From IMG/VR virus record IMGVR_UViG_3300027973_000046, positions 1 through 64,000 of that record: a DNA stretch of 64,000 nucleotides, one strand, 5' to 3'. The position numbers were made by a program, and so were the translations under genes. The number at the start of each line of letters is the position of its first letter. The stretch's first letter is position 1. The notes below the pieces were generated by a model. It saw only the letters and a program-made list of their open reading frames with translations, ran no database searches and was not told the DNA's origin. The stretch comes from an uncultured virus (IMG/VR IMGVR_UViG_3300027973_000046). Taxonomy: Duplodnaviria > Heunggongvirae > Uroviricota > Caudoviricetes. Positions 35,360-44,300 of this stretch are shown here, in pieces.

Positions 35360-38300
35360 TATTTAGCTCCTACAGTAAATGATGGGCCAGCCATTTTAGC
35401 GTTACGTGAATCAAGGCTCTTAATTGCTGTAATTGTTTTCTGAGTTACCATGCTAGACAATTGCTCCAAGTTTCCATCATATCCATTAATATTATTTGTA
35501 ATATTATATACGCCTCCACCCATTGTAGCATTATTAGCGTTTGGATTAAAGGGGTTCATGTTAGCAGGAACGACTGCTTCATTCTTATGAAGCATAGCAA
35601 GCATATCAGCTGGCACGTTATTCACTCCAGTTTTTAATTGAGGTATGCCATATGTAGATCCTATGCCATTACCACTATATTCAAGAATTTTCTTAAAACC
35701 AGCAACTAATTTTTCTGGGTCCAGCATCGCTAGAACATTGTGAAGTTCTGCCCCTGGATTTACCTGCATTCCTCCAGTGTGAAGTATTGAATCAAGCTTT
35801 GATCTAATTAAAGCCTCTGCAGTTTCAGTTCCCTGGCTAAAAGCTTGTGCTCTTGCATCGGAAGCAGTGCTACCAATCTTTCTTAATTCGGATCCACCTT
35901 CTTGCAAAAGGAATTCAAATGCTTCTCTATTTTTTCCAGCTTTTAATAATGTCTTTATATAAGTTCTCAAGAATTTAGGATTTGATATAGATAGTGCAGG
36001 TATTCCATGTCTAATATCTAAAGGCTTGGCAGATTTTATTCTTAAGGCTAACTCAAATAAACTAGACAATGGGTTGGTTTCTAAATTTTTCTGTCTATAA
36101 GCTTTTCCAACGCTCTGGCTGGATGTAGTGAAGAGGTCTAAGCCAAACCAGTTTTTAGCTGGATTGATTGCTTGCCCTTTAAATAATTTGCCAGCTTCAC
36201 CTACTGGTCCAGAACTTAAAACTCTATTTGCTATCTCTGACAGTGCGCCTCCATGGAAAGAGGTTGTTCCTAATGCGTCTTGAATTGAAGACATTGGTAG
36301 ACCTGCAGGAAATACTCCCTTTACATCATCACTGGCATTTTTTACCATAAAATCTGTAAGCTTTTTACCAAAGAATCTGTTAACCATAAGTCTTGATACT
36401 ATTGGGTTTGATTTTATAGCCTTGCTTTTAAGGAACTTCATGATTCGGTCTTCTATATTTTTTACTTTTGCTCCAACAGCGCTTCCATAGTAATACCTTC
36501 CTCTTCCATGAACTATTGGATTAAAATCATACATACCTCTATTTAGCTGACCTAAGATGTCATACAACGTACCATCTCTCTCGCTCAAAAAGTCGCTGGT
36601 CTTTGGATGCTGGGGGTCAGTGCCTTTTCTTACCCAACCACTTCCATAATCATTAGGTTCATATCCAGCTTCGTCTAATATTTTAATAAGCGGTGCTTCA
36701 TAGTCTTTTCTTGCTTTTAATTGTTTTGGATCTAGTAGTAAGTCTGTCTGTGCTTGACCAGACTTTCTTCCGTACTGATAGCCATGTTTTAAAGTTTCGT
36801 TTTCAAGTTTATTCGGAAGGCGTAGTTCTTTTATTCTGGCTGGGATTCCTGTAACGCCACTCTTAATCTTAGAAAGCAGTCCCTTTGCCTTAGCAAGTAT
36901 TCCCTTAGCGGCAAAAGGAATTTTTCCTAAATCATTTTTTAATCCAAATCCTGGGTATCCTACGTTCCAATTTGTTACAATGCCATCTTCTGTTTTATAG
37001 CCAGAGTATCCTCTTTTGCGAAGGTAATTAGCGAAATCGTCACTTATGTATGTCGGCTGAGAGACTCCAAATTTATTGGCATAGCGTAATTTTTCCGCTG
37101 CCATTTCTGGGCCATCTGTTATTGCGCCTTTTCCAAATGCAGTTTTAAGCCAAGCAAGAGGGGATAGGCTAAGCTTGTGTGCGTTAGTTGAAAATTGATC
37201 ACTTGCATACGTGGTGCTGTCAAGGGCGCCATAGGTACCAGGTCCATAAGTATGCATTGCATCTGTTCGTCTTCCTATGTTAGGAGTTAGAGCATCTGGT
37301 GAATTATGTGCAAAGTGCGTCCAGGCTTTTGCATCCTTTACCCTTTGTACTATTTTACTTATATGAGGAGCTATTTTATTTCCAGCAAATCCAAATGGTA
37401 CTGACAGTCCTGCTGTTAATGCAACATTTTGTGCGGACTTAGAGAAGCTCATATTCTTTAATTCTTTATTGGCATTAAATCCCTTAACTCCAGACTGAGT
37501 TCCGCCCTTTACTCCATACTGAGATCCGTCTTTAATTAGGCCAGCCAGTCCTTCAACTAGCCCTATTCCAACGCCACCAAGTCCTCCTGCGCCACCGAAT
37601 GTAAGTCCTGAAAGACCACCTTGCGCCGTGTTGAATGCGACTCTACCTAGTGCTCTACCCCATTTAGATAGCCCAGATGCATTTTCATTTGCACCCCATT
37701 TTAATGAAAGTCTTTTTTCAATTTCTTCCATTGATTGCCAGATTGCAGCAGAGCCCATAATCTGTGGCATCTTTTTAAATCCAGATTTAACCCATCCGCC
37801 AAAACCAAATTTTGGTATTCCGCCCACGTGTCCGCCTTTATGGAAGCCTAAACCAGATTTGATTTTCTTAAATAGCTTACCCCAGTTAATAGTTGACTGC
37901 ATAGATCCGCCAGAAACTAATGTTCCATTAGTACCAATCAGTTGGCCATTTGTGCCAAGAATTTCTCCTCCACCTTCAATTCGGCCCTTACTTAAAAAGT
38001 ATTCATGTTTTTCGGGAACATACTCTGGATAAATTGTTTTATATTTATCAGGCAGGAATAATTCTGCTCTTCTGTTTCTGGCTCTGTTCTCAGCAGTTGT
38101 ATTTGGAACAAGAGGTCTGTACTCCCCGTATCCCACTGGAGTAAATGCTGTACCAGGAACAAATTTTGACATATACTCCGCAATAGATTTTGCTCTATTC
38201 TGTGAAAGAATCTCATTGTCTTTTCCTTTACCTACAGAGTCTGTGTGCCCCTGAACAACTATTGATGCTAGCTTATGCTTAATAAGATCTTTAGCAATTG

Positions 38301-41300
38301 CTTGAAGTTCTAGTCTTTGCTCTTTATTTAATGTGTAAGAGTTTGTAGCAAAATTAGCTGTGATTGGCGGAACTTCAATTTTAATAATCTGCTTATTAGC
38401 ATCTTGCCATGCTTCTATTGGGCCCATCAATTTTCCACCTTGATGGTTTACGTTTACAGTTGTTGACCCATTTCCAAATGAGCTCTTGTGATCAGACTGA
38501 GCAGTTGGAGTTATTGGTCCGCCTGCTGCAAATCTACCAGCATTTAGTGCATCAAAATGATCTACTCCATATTTAGCTACGGAGTCTGCTTTAATTACAT
38601 ATTCACCATTTGATAAGTAGGCTGGGATGGAATCAGATGTTGCAGTTCCCGCTCCTCTAATATATCCACCGTCTGCTTTTTTGTAAGGATCAGTCACTTC
38701 AATTATCTGGCCCCTGTTATCCATCTTGTATACAAATATTTTTCCATCGTTATCAGTTAATGAGAAAAATTGTCCAGGCAAAATTCCTCTTTCTTCTGCA
38801 ACGTCCTTAACCTTTTGTCTAGTTCCTAACTTACCAAACCCGCCAAGACCTGACCAATCTGCCAAAGTTGTTTTACTGATCGTGTTTGTTCCGACACCAG
38901 CTTTTCCTAAATCATAAGGAGCATCTTTTGTTCCAGATCCTCTTCCACCAATTTCAAACTTTTTGCCATCGACATAGATGCTAACATTTCCTTTAACATC
39001 TATAGTGCTCATTGCGCCTAATTTATTTTGAAGTCCATCTGTAAGGGCCTTTGCTAGGTCAAGATCTTTTAATCCATTAAGTTTAATTCCTGCAGCCTTA
39101 GCTGCATCTGCAACAGCGCCAAGCATTTTTTCAGATTCCTTACCTGCTTTCCACTTTGCTCTTTCTGCTTCTGGCTGCTTTAATAATTCAATTTCCCAGT
39201 TTAGCATTGCAGAATTAACTGAGCTGATTGCGCTTTCTTGGTTAGTAATTGTTTTAGAAAGGTCTCCTAATTTTTCACCTGCAAGTTGTGCTTTGTCTGC
39301 TATGCCCTGCTGCTTACCCTGAATTGCTTCAATTAGTTTTTGAAGCGGTAAGTTCTTTAAAGTATTTGAGTCTTCAAGGGATTTCTTTTGTGAATTATAT
39401 TGAAGCTCGCTTTGGTATCCTTGAATGTCTAGGCTAGCCTGTTGTGCGCCAGCAATGTTTCCAGTTGCAAGTGCTGCATCATATTCTGCCTGCTTCTTTG
39501 CAATTTCTCTACCGATATCGCCTTCTTGTTTTGCGGCATCAAGAGCTTTTAATCTTGACTCTGTTAGCTTGTTGTTGGCATCTATTTGTTTTTGAATAGA
39601 GTTTATCTTATCTCTATCTGATATTTGCTGTGCAACTGACTGGCCTCTTGCTGCTTTTTCATACGCCGCCTGTAGTTTTTTATTTGCATCCAAGGCTTTG
39701 TATTGCTTTTCTAGCGCACCACCAGGAGCTCTATTTGCAGCCTCTATTGATTTTCCTAAAGCTATCTGTAAGTTATAAAGGTCATTTGTCTGTTGATCAT
39801 TTAGCGCTCTCAGATCTCCAGTGTATCCCTTAACTTGAATTCTTGTTTTTTGCCATAAAGACAAAGCCGTTTCTTGCTCATTAACAATTTGTCTAATTGC
39901 TGGGTCTATCTTAGACATTTCGTCTACAACCTCTTTAGTCAAATATCCTTGATTTTGTACTTTAGAATTAATCTCATCAATTGCAGCTTGTTCTTGATCA
40001 AGCATTATTTGTTTTTCGTCACCCGTTGAAAGATAAGTTCCATCTTTGTTGGCTTGTTTACGTGCTTCTTTTAATGCCTTTGCCTGCCTAGACTCTACGT
40101 CAGTAGATAATGCCATCATGGCTGTGTTGAGTTGGTTTGCCTGCTCTGTTGCATCACGATTAGTTTCCATTGCAGTAGTTAAACTATCTATTGCACTGGC
40201 TGCAGCAGATGCCGTGTCTTTTATATCATTAAAGCCTTGTGAGCGAACTGTGTAGGCTGCGGCATTAGGTGCGAGATCCGATGCTGCATACATTGTGTAT
40301 ATCTTTTTAGCTGCATCTTCTGCTGACATTCCCATAGCAATTAATTGTTCTTTAAGTCTTATAGCTAAAGCCTTCTGATCTTCTGCGTTGTCTCCAGTTT
40401 GATTGATAAGAGCAACCTGATCAGAATAGTTTTCTTTGACTTCTTTTTTTAATTTCTTGTATTCTTCAATTGTAATCTTTAAAGGAGTGCCAGATCCCTT
40501 CATGCTTTCATAAAGAAGAGTATTCTTTTCTCTTAATGCTTTTGCATTATTAATTGCTTCTTTAATCTTGTCATTAAAGTTTGTAAATTTAAGTCCTGCT
40601 TTTGATGCGGCTTCTGCTGTCATACCATAACCCAGAGCATTTAATCTTAAGGCTTCTTTATGTTCCTGCCATTTTTTCCATGCAAACTGTACGCCAATTG
40701 CAGTTATTCCAAGCGCAAGATTAAATCTTGTAAATATTTTTAATGCTGCCCCTAATGATTTGCTTAAAAGATTTGCGCTGCCGCTTAACTTAGTAAGTTG
40801 AGTTCCATATTTTGTATCAACCAAAAGAGGCTTTCCATTACGGAAAACACCCTCTACTGCTGTTTTGGCTCCAATAGGCTGCGTGGCTTTAGGGAACATA
40901 TTGCTAATTCCTTTGCCACCGCCCTTTGGCATTGCGTTACCCATCAGTAAGAATGGAAGGAATGATCCCATTGTGGTCATTACGTTTCCAGGAGTTCCTC
41001 CAATCTTTTCACCAGCATACTTTGAACCTTCGCTTATACCCATAATTAAAAGCAATTGTTTAAGCATTGGAATGAGGCCGCCTGGATTAAACCCATTAAT
41101 AGGTCCGCCAGCCTTATATCCATTTGGAATTATGCCGCCAGCATTTCTTGGAACAAATAGCTCTGGTCCTTTTTCTCCAACAATGTATGGCTGCCCTGAA
41201 TTAACTGGCCCACCCATTTCTCTTTTTTCTATTCCAAATACTAACTGCTTTAAGGTTTCTGTTAATGGTGTGTCTTTTTTAGATTCCCAGTTTGCAAACT

Positions 41301-44300
41301 TTTTTCTAAGAATTTCTCTATCTATAGCAGAAAGAACTTTTCTTCCTTCTGGTGCAGACAATGTTGAGGAGGCCGCAGATCTTATTACAGAATCCATAAC
41401 ATCTGGCTCTACTGCTCTTATTAAGTGGCCCTGTGCGTTCTTGGTATATCCATATGGCATTTCTTTGGCAAGGGATGCAGCAAATTTATCATATAGAATT
41501 TTTTGCGTTCTCTTTGTTAAGCCAGTAGATCCAAAAAGTTTTTCAGCCATTCCTATCTGTAATGATGTTACTCCCCATGGGGCTGACTCATACGTGCTTG
41601 GTTTAGGTGCACCTGTTGGCCCAAATCCTGCGCCAATTCTATGCATTGCTTTGCTCTTTGTAATTGCTTCAAGCAATCCACCAAATCTAAATCCGTTTGC
41701 ATCAGTTTTAAATGCATTATCTGACAGGCTTGCTGAATGGCCAGTTTGTCTGCGCTTTAGTTCGTCTGCCGCTACCATCTTTGCTATAGCCGCTGGCGTC
41801 ATTTGTTTTTCTGGTGACATCTGTAAACCAGAGTGAATTCCATGAAGCTCTTTCCAATTTACGCCTCTTGCATCAGATAGCCTTTTAATCATTGCTTCAT
41901 AAACAACTTTTTCTTCTGGGTTTAAATCAAATCTTGAAACTGTCTGCTTAAGCTTTGGTAAAGCGCTTTCAATCTCTTTAAGCATACGGCTATGATATTC
42001 ATCTGCGGTCATGCCTTTTGGTATTTGATGAGTTGACTCAGCAAAGAATTTCTTAGCTCCGCTGCCTTTTTTTCCTAATAGATTTATATAAGCCTGATCT
42101 TTTACTGAGGGCATAACTGATGCGTAGCCTCTAAGCCCAGATGCTGCTGAGAATACTCCAGCTGGTCCTACGTCTGAAAGAACGTTTCCAGATAAATTAC
42201 CTCTTGCCAAATCTTTGTCTCCACGTAAAGCTGATGCGACTAGCTGTCTAAAATATTCGTCTGTAGTAAATTTAGCATCTGTCGCTGCAACTTTGGGATC
42301 AAATTTAGACTCAAGTGCTAATAGCTTTCTTCTACCAGTTGGATCGGTAGGGTCTCTCATTACAACAACTTTTTGTGTTGGAGCATGTAATCCATGAACC
42401 TCACGAGCAATTTGTGTTGCTCTCATTTCTGCAACTGCTGCTCTCTCGTCTAACACTGGCTTTACAAATACTTTTTCATCGCCCTTCATATAAAGTCCGC
42501 CAACTCCTGGAACAGGGAAGCTACGGCCTGAAGTAGGAGAGAGAAGTTCTCCGTATTGAGTTACTGGGGTCTTTGCAAATCTAGAATCAGTAACTGCCTG
42601 GTTTGCTTTTTCCATGGCAACTCTTTTTGCTCTTTGTTCTTCAACTTGTTTTATAGTTTTAGGCATGCCAATAAAGAAAGGCTTACCGTATCCATATCTT
42701 CCTCGCTCTACAGCTCCTCCAGGAATAGATCCTCCAGCATTTCTTTTAAGAAATGCTCTTGACATCATTATGGCAAGTCTTTGTCTGCTTGCATTAAATG
42801 AGCTTCCGCTGAATGTTCCAAGCATTCCTTTTGCAAGGCCAGCCAACTTTGAATTTTCAATTGTAGTTAAACCATTTCTGGATTTAACAAGTGTTTCTAA
42901 TGCCGCAATAGGCTTTCCGTCTCTTGGTCCCATAGGTTGAAGTACTGAATTGAATATTGATTTAAATGATCTATCTCCAACTCTTATGTCCTTAAATGAC
43001 TTAGAGCCAATTACTTCTTTTTCAAACCATTTTTCAAATGTCATTACTCCATTTTTACCACCAAATACTCTTGTATCTTTTTCAAGATTTTTCAGCATTT
43101 CATTAAACACTTTATTAAATTGAGTATTATTTCTTGGGTCTCCGCCAAGACCTTGTGCTGCAGTCATCCATGGCTCAAATGGATGTCTTCCTGCTGCAAT
43201 TGCTTTTCTAAATTCTTTTGCTAGCTGTGGACCAGTCATTCCGCTGCCGACTGATCGAGTTTGTTGATTTGCATCTCTGCTCATCCAAATTGGAATTCCT
43301 CTACCAACACTTACAGAGTTAGCATATCCTCTTGTTGCCCGCACCCTTTTAAGATCAGCAGCAGATGCTTCAGATACGTGGCTTCTTTCAAAAGCTGTCT
43401 CTCCGCCAAATTCGTGCATACCGCTTCCAGATGTATTTCCAGGTCCGCCATTTAATTCATACATCAAAGGCATATTTCTTTTTGCAATATTCGCTGGTAT
43501 GACTGCTTCTCCAGGTGTTAATACAACTGGGACTTGTCCGCCTTCTTGTGCATAATAAGACTTGCCTCCAAGTATATTTGTTATTAACGGAAGATGCTTT
43601 TCAGTTGCAGCTTTATTAATTACAAATGCGCCAGGCTCTGCTGTGGTGTGGTAGGTATCCGTGTCACCAGTTCCTGGGACAAAGCCTCCTTTTGCAAACC
43701 TTGGCTTTGTTGTTTCAATGTTATATCCAGCACCTGATGTTCTTACGCCACCGAGAGCTCTTGCAATTCTATCAACCATTGCTTTTGTAGGTCCCTTATG
43801 AAACATTTCTTTCATATTAGATTTGCCTGTGACTGGATCTACTACTGGCTGGGAAGTGAGTGGTACTGTAGTAAGGTTTGCTGTTCTTCCCATTCCTGCT
43901 GCAGTTAATCTTGTTGTTTCTGCAAGCATTGCTTCAACAGTTGCATTCAATGAAATAATTCTTGCTCTACCTTGTTCTACAGTTATTTTACTTTGTTGAA
44001 CTTGCTGTACGATTGCTGCAGTTTCTTTTGCGGCAAGGTCTGTTATCTGACTAAACTCTGGGAGTAGTGCTTGATATGAATCGGATAAACTTGATGTAAC
44101 AGTTCCTGTTGCCATAACTTCTGCTTTTAATATTTTAAGTTCTGCTTCAGATTGCATAGCAATAGCGGCTGTCATTGCATGCCATTTTGCAGCCTCTGCG
44201 GCGACAATTCCTGTTGATGCTCCTCCAACTGATGTTAGTCCAGGAATTTTTGGAAGATCTGCATCCATGTAGGCTTGTGGATTTCTGCCAACTCTTATGT

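Noticed and set aside
40865..41836. 323-aa plus-strand ORF
   Set aside because: Antisense shadow of the TMP; Pro-rich mirror of Gly codons, no recognisable motif, and against the uniform minus-strand gene flow.
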